DNA of 64,000 nucleotides from Octopus sinensis (taxonomy: Eukaryota), in contig NC_042998.1 in NCBI RefSeq assembly GCF_006345805.1, forward strand, positions 146,878,001 to 146,942,000, given 5' to 3'. Each line of letters starts with the position of its first letter. Within the stretch, counting starts at the first letter, position 1. A model generated the notes under the pieces. The model saw only the letters and a list, made by a program, of their open reading frames with translations, ran no database searches and had not been told where the DNA came from. The translations under genes and the position numbers were made by a program. Positions 50,070 to 62,228 of the stretch are shown here, one piece after another.

Positions 50070-50234
50070 CTGTTTATTAACCTCAAGAAATATCGTTTCT
50101 ACTGGATATACGACACCAATTGGTAAGATCAGTCACGATGGGTTAATAAACTCACTCTATTGACAGATATACGAGTGCATTTTTTTCCTGACTTAGGGAC
50201 TTTTAGACGACTTACGTGTATATGCATGCATATA

Positions 50235-51445
50235 CAGGGGTTGAACAAACTAATGGAAACACCAAGCATCATAGCATCATAATTTTAAAATATCTATAAA
50301 ACCATCAAAAGCTTGATTATTTTTGTTTTTTGATTTACTATTAAGTGTTGCTTAATATGTTTTGCTTAAATTGCTGTTTCTTTTCAGATATCATCAGAAA
50401 AAGGTAATTAAAACTCTTTAAAATGACAGATCTATCAGGCTTTCAAAGAGGTCAAATTGTATGGCAGGCGCTAGCGTAACGAAAACAGCTGAAATGTTTG
50501 GTGTATCAATAAGTATTGTCTTGAAAGTAATGTAATGACAGGCTTTGAGAAAGAGGGAAAAACCTCCTCGTCGAAACAAGACTCCGGAAGAAAACCAAAA
50601 CTTTCAGATGGGGACCGTCGGACTCTTACGCGAATTGTTAGAAAGGATCACAAAAGTGCAGCTCCCAAAAGTACTGCAGAGATTAATGACAACCTCGAGA
50701 ACCCACAAAAAACTGTTCGCCGGGAGCTGCACAAAGCCGGACTTGACGAGAGGGCTGCAATCAGAAAACCACTACTTTCAAAAACAAACATTGAAAAGCT
50801 TTTAGAGTGGAGTAAAAACCTATAGAATTGGTCCCGAGAGCAGTGGAAGAATGTTATTTTGTCGGACGAGTCATCCTTTACCTTATTTCCAACCACCGGC
50901 CGAGTATACGTGTGGAGTCTGCGAGAAGAAGCATTTGACTCAGACTGCCTTCTTCCAACTGTTAAACATGGAGGAAGATCTGTGATGATCTAGGGTCTAT
51001 ATCTTGGTAATCCGCCACCCCAATGGTTTCCCTTCAAAGACAGACTAAGCATTTTATGTGATCAAATTCATCCTATGGTTGCGGAACTGTTTCAGGAGGG
51101 AAACGCATCCTTTCAGGATGATAATGCACCAATTCACATAGCTAAAGTTAATACTGAATAGCACGAGGAACATTAAGTTGAACATCTTATCTAGCCACCA
51201 CAGACCCCAAATTTCAATATTATTGAACATTTATGGTGCATTTTAGAAAAACAAATAAGGAGTCAATATCCTCCACCATCCACTACAAGAACTGGAGACT
51301 GTTTTAGCTGAAGCATGGACAAAAATTCCTTTGGAAACAATTCAAACTTTGTACGAGTCCATACCTCGTAGAATTCAAGCTGTAATTACTGCCAAAGGCG
51401 GTCCTATCCCATATTAAAATAAATTTGTTTGAAATTTTAAGGTGT
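50235..51445 (+). mobile_element. Decayed Tc1-family DNA transposon
   Basis: TA|CAGGGGTTGAACAAACTAATGGAAACACC left TIR; GRKPKL, TVRRELH, SDES, VKHGG, FQDDNAPIH, PPQTPNFNIIEHLW; right TIR truncated after GGTGT. Confidence 0.88.
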
Positions 51446-51516
51446 ATGTATTGTATGTATGTATGTATGTATGTATGTATGTATGTATGTATGTATATAT
51501 ATATAATATATATATC

Positions 51517-51638
51517 TATCACGTGATCACGTGACCGACTAGACCATCAGATGTTACTACACATCGCTGGTCACAATGCGTTCGCATTGTTTTAGCCTTC
51601 GAACGATGCCACCCCGCTGGGTAAGCGAGCAGGCCAAT
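51517..51638 (-). mobile_element. Short RTE-type LINE/SINE 3' end fragment
   Basis: TATCACGTGATCACGTGACCGACTAGACC.. terminus resembles the RTE end at 62425 (ATCACTTTGATCACTTTGACTGACC). Confidence 0.5.
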
Positions 51639-51838
51639 ATATATATATATATATAATATATATATATATAATATATATATATATTATATATATATATATA
51701 TAAGAAAATAGTAAAGTGTGAAAAAACGACAGAAGGCTTAAATGTTAAAAAATATATATATTTGTGTCAAAATGTCTGGAGAATATTGGAAAAATTTTTT
51801 TTCCTTTCCTTAAAATGACATAATTTTAAAAATTTTTA

Positions 51839-51878
51839 AAGAAATTACCGGTTTCGCGTGTAGCTTTTCAAATTTCTT
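51839..51878 (-). ncRNA. Minimal hammerhead-like motif, U3-A8 core (identical copies 55834-55873 on -, 57221-57260 on +)
   Basis: AAGAAAT TTGAAAA GC TACAC GC GAAA CCGG TA ATTTCTT: perfect 7-bp stem I, 2-bp stem II, palindromic ACCGGT stem III, GUA site. Confidence 0.72.
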
Positions 51879-51934
51879 GTGACGTTATGTTTATATTGCA
51901 TGGAATTATCGTTGTTTTTATTTCCAGGAGATTT

Positions 51935-54336
51935 CTAAATAAGGGGAGGTAGTGAGTGATTTTTTCCGGTGTAGGGGAGATAATCGCTTAAAATTTTTTT
52001 TTTCCTTTTCCTTGTTAATTTCTCTGTCAGTATGTTCGGATGGTTGAGTCTGGGTTTGTACTTTTCAATGAAGAATGTTTCCTTGTTCAGTCTCATTTGT
52101 GTTGATGATCCGAAAGCACATTGGTAAAATGGGAAGATTAAAAATTGTGGCAGTAGTTGCTTTGCGCATTTCTCAATGTGCTCACTAAAAGGTATCATTC
52201 TATATTCTGGGAATGCAATCTGTTGTCGATGCAGTGTGCATCTGCGCCTGAGTGATAGTCCCGTGGAACCCACGTAGTCTTGGTGGCAGCCCGAGCATTT
52301 AATAACATAAGTTATGTTTTCAGAGGCACAAGTAAAGTTAGATTTGATCTTAAATTTCTGTCCCTCTTTAAAGAAGAATTCTGATCCTTCCAATAGGTTA
52401 GGACATGTTGCACAGTTCGATCTACCACATTTTTTTACTTTTGCATCCGTAATTTTAGAAGACAATTTTGCCTTTGTGAGAATCTTTTTAAGTGATTTAG
52501 GCTGTTTGTAGCTTTTAATGATTTGGTGTATGTTTAGAATTTCCTTTAATTTTGGGTTTTTATGAAGTATTGGTAAATTCTGGGTGATGATGGTGAAGGC
52601 TTCTTTGTTTCTGGGGTTGTATGTAGATATGTAAGGTAGTATTTTCGGGGAAGGTGTGTTGTTGTGTTGAACTTTTCTTAAAGTTTCTATGTTGATTTCT
52701 GTTGCACGTCTGATCCCATCCTCTATGAGTTGAGCTGGGTAATGTCTGTCAATTAGGGTGTTTTTGAGTTCTTGCAGTCTAAAGTTCCTGGTATTTTGTT
52801 CTGACACTATTGTGCATATCCTTCTTGCAAGGTTGAAGGGGATGTTTGTTTTAGTGTGTCTTGGGTGGCATGAATTAAAAAGAAGGTATTGTTTGGCGTC
52901 TGTGGCTTTGTAAAAAATGTCTGTTTCTATTTTAAGGTTAATTTTTTTAATTAGTATATCCAAGAACGGGAGCTCCTTTTGGTTGTATTCCATTGTGAAC
53001 TGTATATTTGGGTTTATGCTGTTCAATAGGTTTTTAAATTTTAGGAGTTTATCTATGTTTTCATTCCAGAGAATGAAACAATCGTCTAGGAATCGTTTCC
53101 AATTCTCTTTTATGTATTGAGAGAGGGAGTTTCCAAAGATTGATAGAGATTCCTGGTAAATGATTATTTCCATGTATCCCATTGTTAAGTTCGCAATGAC
53201 TGGTGCTGCCCTTGTACCCATAGCAATTCCGGATTTTTGACGGTAAAATGTATTGTCAAACATGAAGTGGTTATTGTGTAGGATGAATTCAATTGATTTA
53301 GTAATGAATTCCTTACTGATCCTTTTTGGTATTTCTTCCGGAAATTGGTCTAACCAGAATTGTATTGCCTCCAGTCCATAATTATGAGGTATACTGGTAT
53401 ACAAGTTGACTACATCAAATGAAACCAGGATTGTTTCTTCCTTGGTTTTTTTTGGAAGGTGGTTTAACATATCTAAGTCATCTCTGATATGGCTATCGAT
53501 ATGTTTAAGGAAGGGTTTCAAGAGGATGTCCATAAGTAGACTTAGTCTGTGTGTTTCACAGGTTGGGCCAGCTACAATGGGTCGTAGTTTTAGGTCCCCC
53601 GGATTAGGTGTGTGTATGTATGTCTTTGGTGATTTTTTAATGGTTTCATTTATAATTTGACTTTTATGAATTTTTGGCAGACCATAGAAAAGGCTAGGTT
53701 TGCATTTAAAGTTTGTTAGGAAATCAATCTCTTTGGTTGTCAGTTCCTTTTCATGGGTTTTAATTAGTGAAGATAGAGTTTTCATTATTTTTTGTGGGGT
53801 GTAGTTGGTAATTTTTTCATAATGTAGGTCTTCATCAAGCAAGGAAATTACAAGATTTCTGTAGTATGATGTATCCATTATTACAACTGCATTTCCCTTG
53901 TCCGCTTCCTTAATGGTTATATCTTCATCATTTTGGAGTTCTATCAGTTCTTTCCATTGTGTAGTGTTAAAATTTGGGTTAGCTTTCTGTTTATGTATAG
54001 TATGGTAGGGGAAGTTCTCAATGTGGTTACAGAATTCGTCAAGATCTTTATTTCTTCCTCTGTGTGGGATGTGTTCACTTTTGTTCTTGACTAGTGATTC
54101 ATCTTCAGTATTGAAACTGTTTGATGCTTCTGCTAGTCTTAATTTTCTGCAAAATTCTGTTATATTATCCTTGAGTTCATTTAGGTTTGCTCTGCGTGGA
54201 GTTGGTGTAAATTTGAGCCCTTTTGCGAGGATGTCAATTTTTATGTTAGAAAGAGGTTTGGTTGAAAGATTGATTATCTTCGGTTTTTCCTTATTACTAG
54301 GTTCCAGCCTGTGTCCTGGTGTCCCTGGTCCCTGGC
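51935..54336 (-). CDS. PLE reverse transcriptase + GIY-YIG endonuclease (ORF2)
   Basis: Track ORF 51935-53878 is open further upstream: IINLS..KGLKFTPTP..EADKGNAVVIMD; YGLPKIHK, LRPIV, SFDVVNLY, GIAMG, RFLDD, FLD, CGRSNCATC, TYVIKC..YVGST. First ATG lies after the DKG motif. Confidence 0.93.
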
Positions 54337-55629
54337 TAAAAAATGTTGGGTGTAATTTTGTTTGTATGAGTTGTCTGTGAGGTTGTGTGGTATTTGGTCG
54401 GGGGAGTGGTGGTATTGTTGCCTCCGATCGTTGTGTGTGTGTGGGAATCTATGGTTGTTAATGCTTGTGGTGTGTGTAAAATTTCTGTATGGGGAATATT
54501 TTTGTTTCGAACTTCTTGTATGTGGGATGTTGCTTGACATAGTGTTTCTTTGCGTTTGTCTTGTGTTTAGTGGGGACCAGTAGTTTTGGTTCATGGGGTA
54601 GTAGTGATTTGTGTGTGGTGTATTTCTTATCCTAGTGTCGTATTGTGCTGTATGGTGGTTGGGTCTGGTATTAGGATGTTGTTGGTTTGTTCTGTTTTTG
54701 GTGTAATTTCTTTCATAGACGCGTCCTCTTTCAGCTAGTTCCCTGTTAGGTCTAGCGTGGTTTGTAAAGGTTGGTTGTGGGTGATTTCTGTTTTTAGTGT
54801 ATGGAGGATAGTTGGGGGTTGTTCGTGGGTTGTTAGGTTTTTCTTTTTTATTTATTGTAATTTTCTTAATGAAGGGATTATTTGTACCCAATTCATTTTT
54901 GAAGGTTTCACTATATTTTTGGAAGAAGTCCATGTTTTTCTCCCAGCGTAGGAGAGAATTTCTCTCTTCTCTCTCACAGGAATCCTTCCAGTGATCCAAT
55001 GTATTATCGAGGGGTTGTCCCTCGGTATATTTTAGTATTAGATTGTGCATCTCCTCGTCTATGCTTTTAAGTTTTTCTTCATTTGTGGAGGCCCTGAGTC
55101 TTAGAAGCTCTATTTCTGATTTAAAATTGAACAGAGCTGACTTTTCTCTAATAGATCTCTGTCCGTCAGGCTCGTTAGGAATTAATTTTATCTGGAATTT
55201 GCGTGGGAGGATAATTGGTGTTGAGTTTATCCATCCCTCGTAGATATCTGCTTTGTTGGAATTTTTTATCATGTTCCAGAAGGTGAGTTTTCTGTTGTGC
55301 AGGTTTGTATTCCAAACGTTTCCTATTTTTCTTTTTGTTGGGTTGGTTTGGGTGCGTATGGTGTCCTGCTGTGTTTCATTAGGTGCCTGTGTATTATTTT
55401 CGGATTTGTTGATGAAAATTGAGTTCAGTGTTGTATATAACAGTTGTAGATCCTTACTCACCTGGTCAGTGTAACGGGTTGCATCTTCATTGCTTTTACT
55501 TTCCCGGGCGAGTAAGTTTGATTCCTCGATTTTGTTGTTCAGGTTAAGAAGCTGTGAATTAATATTTTTCAGTTCTTTGAGTATGTCCTCATTTAAGGTT
55601 TTGTCCGAGGTGTTTGACTTCTGTGGCAT
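54274..55629 (-). CDS. PLE upstream ORF1: N-terminal coiled-coil-like region and N/T/H/Q/R-rich low-complexity tail
   Basis: ~450 aa uninterrupted ORF (ATG at 55629); heptad-like ILKELKNINSQLLNLNNKIEES; overlaps ORF2 in the -1 frame. Confidence 0.8.
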   Translation of the reverse strand: MPQKSNTSDKTLNEDILKELKNINSQLLNLNNKIEESNLLARESKSNEDATRYTDQVSKDLQLLYTTLNSIFINKSENNTQAPNETQQDTIRTQTNPTKRKIGNVWNTNLHNRKLTFWNMIKNSNKADIYEGWINSTPIILPRKFQIKLIPNEPDGQRSIREKSALFNFKSEIELLRLRASTNEEKLKSIDEEMHNLILKYTEGQPLDNTLDHWKDSCEREERNSLLRWEKNMDFFQKYSETFKNELGTNNPFIKKITINKKEKPNNPRTTPNYPPYTKNRNHPQPTFTNHARPNRELAERGRVYERNYTKNRTNQQHPNTRPNHHTAQYDTRIRNTPHTNHYYPMNQNYWSPLNTRQTQRNTMSSNIPHTRSSKQKYSPYRNFTHTTSINNHRFPHTHNDRRQQYHHSPDQIPHNLTDNSYKQNYTQHFLARDQGHQDTGWNLVIRKNRR

Positions 55630-57719
55630 TTTCGTTCTCACGTGTTTAATATATAGATAAGAAAGTTTGTTTGGTAAAGCACGTGGGTGAATATATAAGA
55701 AAATAGTAAAGTGTGAAAAAACGACAGAAGGCTTAAATGTTAAAAAATATATATATTTGTGTCAAAATGTCTGGAGAATATTGGAAAAATTTTTTTTCCT
55801 TTCCTTAAAATGACATAATTTTAAAAATTTTTAAAGAAATTACCGGTTTCGCGTGTAGCTTTTCAAATTTCTTGTGACGTTATGTTTATATTGCATGGAA
55901 TTATCGTTGTTTTTATTTCCAGGAGATTTCTAAATAAGGGGAGGTAGTGAGTGATTTTTTCCGGTGTAGGGGAGATAATCGCTTAAAATTTTTTTTTTTT
56001 TTTTTCCTTTTCCTTGTTAATTTCTCTGTGTCAGTATGTTCGGATGGTTGAGTCTGGTTTGTACTTTTCAATGAAGAATGTTTCCTTGTTCAGTCTCATT
56101 TGTGTTGATGATCCGAAAGCACATTGGTAAAATGGGAAGATTAAAAATTGTGGCAGTAGTTGCTTTGCGCATTTCTCAATGTGCTCACTAAAAGGTATCA
56201 TTCTATATTCTGGGAATGCAATCTGTTGTCGATGCAGTGTGCATCTGCGCCTGAGTGATAGTCCCGTGGAACCCACGTAGTCTTGGTGGCAGCCCGAGCA
56301 TTTAATAACATAAATTATGTTTTCAGAGGCACAAGTAAAGTTAGATTTGATCTTAAATTTCTGTCCCTCTTTAAAGAAGAATTCTGATCCTTCCAATAGG
56401 TTAGGACATGTTGCACAGTTCGATCTACCACATTTTTTTACTTTTGCATCCGTAATTTTAGAAGACAATTTTGCCTTTGTGAGAATCTTTTTAAGTGATT
56501 TAGGCTGTTTGTAGCTTTTAATGATTTGGTGTATGTTTAGAATTTCCTTTAATTTTGGGTTTTTATGAAGTATTGGTAAATTCTGGGTGATGATGGTGAA
56601 GGCTTCTTTGTTTCTGGGGTTGTATGTAGATATGTAAGGTAGTATTTTCGGGGAAGGTGTGTTGTTGTGTTGAACTTTTCTTAAAGTTTCTATGTTGATT
56701 TCTGTTGCACGTCTGATCCCATCCTCTATGAGTTGAGCTGGGTAATGTCTGTCAATTAGGGTGTTTTTGAGTTCTTGCAGTCTAAAGTTCCTGGTATTTT
56801 GTTCTGACACTATTGTGCATATCCTTCTTGCAAGGTTGAAGGGGATAGGCGCAGATGCACACTGCATCGACAACAGATTGCATTCCCAGAATATAGAATG
56901 ATACCTTTTAGTGAGCACATTGAGAAATGCGCAAAGCAACTACTGCCACAATTTTTAATCTTCCCATTTTACCAATGTGCTTTCGGATCATCAACACAAA
57001 TGAGACTGAACAAGGAAACATTCTTCATTGAAAAGTACAAACCCAGACTCAACCATCCGAACATACTGACACAGAGAAATTAACAAGGAAAAGGGAAAAA
57101 AAAAATTTTAAGCGATTATCTCCCCTACACCGGAAAAAATCACTCACTACCTCCCCTTATTTAGAAATCTCCTGGAAATAAAAACAACGATAATTCCATG
57201 CAATATAAACATAACGTCACAAGAAATTTGAAAAGCTACACGCGAAACCGGTAATTTCTTTAAAAATTTTTAAAATTATGTCATTTTAAGGAAAGGAAAA
57301 AAAATTTTTCCAATATTCTCCAGACATTTTGACACAAATATATATATTTTTTAACATTTAAGCCTTCTGTCGTTTTTTCACACTTTACTATTTTCTTATA
57401 TATTCACCCACGTGCTTTACCAAACAAACTTTCTTATCTATATATATATATATATATATACTTTTACACGACCGATTGTTTCAGTTGTGTTTTTTACGAT
57501 GCTTTTTGAAAGAATATGCAGCGGTATCTGCTTTGTTGTTGTTGTTGTTACTTAGCTCTGAACAATCACAAACTTTGAAACAGTCATCTTTGCGTGTTTT
57601 CAGCCATATTTCAGTGACAGTGTACCTAGGACTGCATTATTAAATGTATCATTCCACTTTTTAACACCCAGTATTGATATTAAACCCAATTGTAATAATT
57701 GGTTCTCTGACAGTGTGGC

Positions 57720-58110
57720 ACTTTTTGTTGTTGCTCTTTCTATTTTTGTAGTTATTGTTGTTCTTATTGCTGTAATAGTTGTTACTGCTGTTGCTGTGGT
57801 TGTTCTTACTTTTATTGTCATTGTTGCTGCTGTTGTTGTTGTTATCGTGCAGCTGTCGTCGTTGCTGTTGTTGTTATTGTTGCCGTTGTTGTTGGTATTG
57901 TTGTCATTGTTGATGTTATTGTTGTTGTTGCTGTTTTTGTTGTCGCTATTGTTATTGTTGTTGTTGCTGTTTTTTGTTGTCGCTATTGTTGTTGTTAGTG
58001 CTGTTGTTGTTGTTGTTGCTGCTGCTGTTTTTTGTCATTGTTTTTTGTTGTTGTTGCTGTTATTGCAGTCAGATATATTGTGGCAGTTGCTGCTACTGTA
58101 GCTGGCATTG
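57720..58110. repeat. Degenerate (GTT/GCT)n microsatellite
   Basis: Directly visible; source of the poly-L/V and poly-Q ORFs. Confidence 0.9.
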
Positions 58111-58706
58111 TTGCTGATTTGAAACCAGCGAGACATAAATATTGAGCAGAAGAAATCGATCGGATGACTAAACGCGTGGAGAGAGTGAAGGATAAGATTG
58201 GTGGGGGAAACACTGTGAATCTGTGAATAAGAGGAAAGATGAAGAGTAAGAGGTGATGGAGACAGAGAGGGAGGGAGAAAGAGAGAGAGAGGGGGAATAT
58301 AAATGAACCGAAAAAACATGAAAAGAAAAAGTGCAAGAAAAATAAAAGAATGACAGTGAAAGAATACACACACACACACAAATATATTTATAAAGGTAGA
58401 TAATGAGAGACACAACAGATAGACAATATATATATATATACATATATATAGAGAGGGAGAGAGGGAGAGATAGTAGATAGATAGGCTGGTAGGTAGCTAC
58501 AGATGTACGAGTACATATAGACGAAGATAAAAATATCGACAGTGAAGAAGAAAAAGAGTTTGGAGTGAGCAGACGAAAGGAGTTGACAACAATAGAGAAT
58601 ACGTCCAAGTGAGGTGAGAATGAAATTTGCATAAAGTTACAAACAACTAGCTTTACCCAGATATCGACCAATGAAAACATAGCAAAGTGTGTCTGGACAG
58701 TGAAGT

Positions 58707-58762
<56 letters not shown>

Positions 58763-59614
58763 GAGGGAGAGAGATAGGGAGAGAGAGAGAGTGAGTGAGA
58801 GAGAGAATCGAAAGAGTAAGAGGGAAAGGTAGAGGAAAGAAAGGCGGTGTGGTGACATCATATTGCTGTGAGTAACGACAGACCTCACGAGGGTTACAGG
58901 CACGCATATACACAGGTACACACGTAAACATGCACATACACACACACACACACACACCACACACACACACACACACACGGAAATTTAGTGAAGTGCACGC
59001 GTGCAAAAGATGCATACATCTCTGATTGTTGAAAAACTGTCAACAACGTGTGCACATATTTACGAGTGCGCACAGCACAGAACCTTGAAGCATGCCTGTG
59101 TTTTGAATGCAGGAAAATAGCTGTTTTGCACGCATATATACACACGCGTATACAACTCGACGATATTTTCAAATTGTCTCATTACACACGTGTGTGTTGT
59201 TTCTATATTCATACACACACACATTTATATTTCTATATGCAATACATTCATATCTCTGTATGTATATGTTTGGGTATATGATTATATTTGAGCAAATGCA
59301 GTCATAGTTATATCTGTACGTGTCTGTGTGTACGATTGTAAATAAATAAGCATAAATGTTATGACGGAAGTTTCAGTAATAACAACGGAAGATATTGAAA
59401 TCAAAATGTAAAGAAAATAGTTTTAAAGATTATAAATAAGGAAAGAAAGTCTTTGTAATGATTTTCCTTTGTCAGTTTTCCGTTTAAATGGCTTCATAGG
59501 CATAGTATGCACACTTACACACATGCGCGCACGCACACACACACTTGCGCGAACACATAGCACCTATATACCAATCTATATACTTTCTATTTACATGTGG
59601 CTTCGTGGTTAGGG

Positions 59615-60450
59615 CAAAGGTCGGCAACCTATGGCCCGCGAAGTGATTTTGACCAGCCCACGAGAACTGATGCCCAATGAGTTGTTTATTTAAAATTTAA
59701 ATTTATCATAATATGAGAGACAAGACTTTCAAATACAATAAAAAGTCTGCTGTCATATTCTTTCACAAATCTTCTGATTCACTTTACGTAATGTCTACCA
59801 CCAACCGGATGTGAACACTTTGACAGCAAAAACACAATTAAAAATTCGACGCGTACGTATGGCTCCGTACATCATTTCCGCTCACACAACTCAAAATTAA
59901 TAACAATACATTTCTACCCAATCACTACCAAAAATGAAACAAAAAACTGAGACATTTTCGGCTTGCAACTTTGGCATTTTTTGTGGATATTGTGACTCAT
60001 TTAAATAACTTAAATTTACAACTTCAAGGTAAAAATCAGCTCGTAAATGAAATGTATAACTGTATTGTTACCTTCTAAGAAAAGTTATAGTTGTGGGAGC
60101 ATCAACTACGAAATAAAAAATATGCATATTTTCCATCATTTCAAGGAAGGAAACCACAGGATTCAGAGGTATTTGTGAATATAATCCAGGGTTTGAGAAA
60201 TGAATTTGCATCACGTTTTGCTAACTTCCGTCTGCATCAAATCAGTTTAAATTGTTTTGCTACACCATTTGATGTGGAGGTGGAGACACTATGAGAATGT
60301 TTTCAAATGGAATTGATTGATATACAGTGTGACGACTTATTGAAATCTAATTTTCATTTTAAAGAGATTCATTGATTGATTTCTATGCAATATATATATT
60401 TCCAAGTGGGAAGTATACCAACTTAGTGTATCATGCAAAAATATGCTGGG
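59615..60450 (+). mobile_element. Decayed hAT (SPIN/Buster-like) transposon fragment
   Basis: CAAAGGTCGGCAACCTATGGCCCGCG terminus; LAFFVDIVTHLNNLNLQLQGKNQL..KL*LWE..FPS..EFASRF..TPF..QMELIDIQCD. Confidence 0.75.
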
Positions 60451-60534
60451 AATATACACGCCACAGAAAAAGGGAAGGCGGCTCTATGTGTCTATATAAC
60501 TCAAGAAAGATTTTTGTTCTTGTCCTTACCTACA

Positions 60535-60775
60535 TGTGGCCTAGTGGTTAGGGTGCTGTACTCATGATCGTAAGATTGCTGTTTCGACTCCTGGACCGGG
60601 TGATGCGTTGTATTCTTGGGCAAAGCATCTCATTTCACATTGCTCCAGTCTACTCAGTTGGTAAAAACGAGCAATCCTACGATGGACTGGCGTCAAGTAT
60701 ACAAGGGTGGGGAATAAATATGATGCCACAGAATCTGGGAAACAGGCCTTATGAGCTTTTGCTTCGGAAAAGATT
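60535..60775 (+). mobile_element. tRNA-derived CORE-like SINE
   Basis: TGGCCTAGTGGTTAGGG..GTTTCGACTCC..CTTGGGCAAAGC..TTGCTCCAGTCTACTCAG. Confidence 0.7.
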
Positions 60776-61680
60776 TTGAATCCATTGTTATTTTTTTGGC
60801 ATACATACATACCTTACATACAATACATATATACTAACATTCCTATCTTTCTACTTATGTACATGAATACAATTCATACATACCTATCTACTTACCTGCA
60901 CACACACACACACGCACACACACACATACATATAATGCATGCATACATAGATACATACATGCATACATATGTAATACAATCCATATATATCAGCTATCCA
61001 CAAGTACATGTGCACTTGTGTACATGTCCAATATATATAAACGGACGTGTACACCCATATGTATATACATGCATGCATGCATCCATCCATCTATATACAC
61101 ATAACAATCAAACACACATAATGCGTATATATAGACACATGCAAATACATTTAGCTGAGACATGGCAATAGTAAATCCGATTGTGCTTGACATATTAATT
61201 TGTTAAATCTTGAATATCACCCTGAAATCTAAATGGAATATTAAAAAAAAATACAATAGCTCCTGTTTATATACAGCGTCAAACAATGACAAACTTATAG
61301 CACTGTTTGAGCTTAAAAGCAACAAAGAGCTTTATGTTACATACAAAGCATGTAAGACACGATGTATTTGGTTCGACGGAGATTCGAAATTGTCAGATTT
61401 TCCTGTTGGCAAACATAATGAATTTTCATTAAATTGGAGATTTCTTTGCTTCTTTACAATGATAATACGTGCGCGCGCGCGCACACACACGCATGCGTAT
61501 ATGTATTTGTCTCTATATATAAATGTTACAAATAATATAAAATGATGTATATGACTCGAGATACTTGTTATACCTCGGCGTTTGTTGCCCTCTTTCACAA
61601 ACATATATATAATATATGTATGTATGTTTGTATGTATATATATATATGTTAGAAGTATTGGGGGTGATGTACAGATTTAA

Positions 61681-61768
61681 TACATATGAAAGAAAAAAGG
61701 TGTTCAGAATGCTAGATGGTTGTAAAAAACCATCCAGCATTCTGAACACCTTTTTTCTTTCATATGTA
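61681..61768. repeat. 41-bp-arm palindrome (one mismatch, 6-nt loop)
   Basis: TACATATGAAAGAAAAAAGGTGTTCAGAATGCTAGATGGTT / AACCATCCAGCATTCTGAACACCTTTTTTCTTTCATATGTA. Confidence 0.9.
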
Positions 61769-61823
61769 TATATATATATATGCCTATATATATATAAATA
61801 TGTTTATATATGTATATATATAT

Positions 61824-61863
<40 letters not shown>

Positions 61864-61868
<5 letters not shown>

Positions 61869-62228
61869 TAGTGAAGGGAAGAAATGGAGCTGAACGAAGA
61901 TGCTACAGAATTCCTTTTATTATTTTCTACACATGTTTCAAAGGCCGCAAATTTCCAAATTCGGATTGAATAAGGAGACCATTTTGCAGCATTCTCTTCA
62001 GGAATGTGCTTTCTCATGGGCTCCTAAGGAGCGTTTTGTTCGAATACCTTGCTGCGCATTTCTTTTGGATTTTTAAATTCCTGGATTTTCCTGAAGAGAA
62101 TGCTGCAAAATGGTCTCCTTATTCAATCCGAATTTGGAAATTTGCGGCCTTTGAAACATGTGTAGAAAATAATAAAAGGAATTCTGTAGCATCTTCGTTC
62201 AGCTCCATTTCTTCCCTTCACTAAATAT
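61864..62228. mobile_element. Fold-back element with identical 141-bp arms, PLE-terminal-repeat-like
   Basis: 61864-62004 / 62088-62228 identical by eye; 83-nt spacer; abuts (TA)n. Confidence 0.85.
62085..62170 (+). ncRNA. Hammerhead-like motif, canonical core, long stem II (twin on - strand with truncated stem I)
   Basis: ATTTTC CTGAAGA GAATGCTGCAAA..TTTGCGGCCTTT GAAA CATGTG TA GAAAAT. Confidence 0.6.

Larger units (their letters stand above)
51701..57445 (-). mobile_element. Essentially complete, young Penelope-like element: full unit + partial tandem copy + inverted arm
   Basis: Unit 51701-55695; near-identical repeat 55696-56846 (period 3,995 bp); inverted arm 56847-57445 matching ~55645-56252; (TA)n at both ends. 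Confidence 0.97.

Noticed and set aside
49880-50150. CTGACAA on the minus strand and an ACCAATTGGTA palindrome resembling hammerhead parts
   Set aside because: Core non-compensated or missing; too decayed to call.
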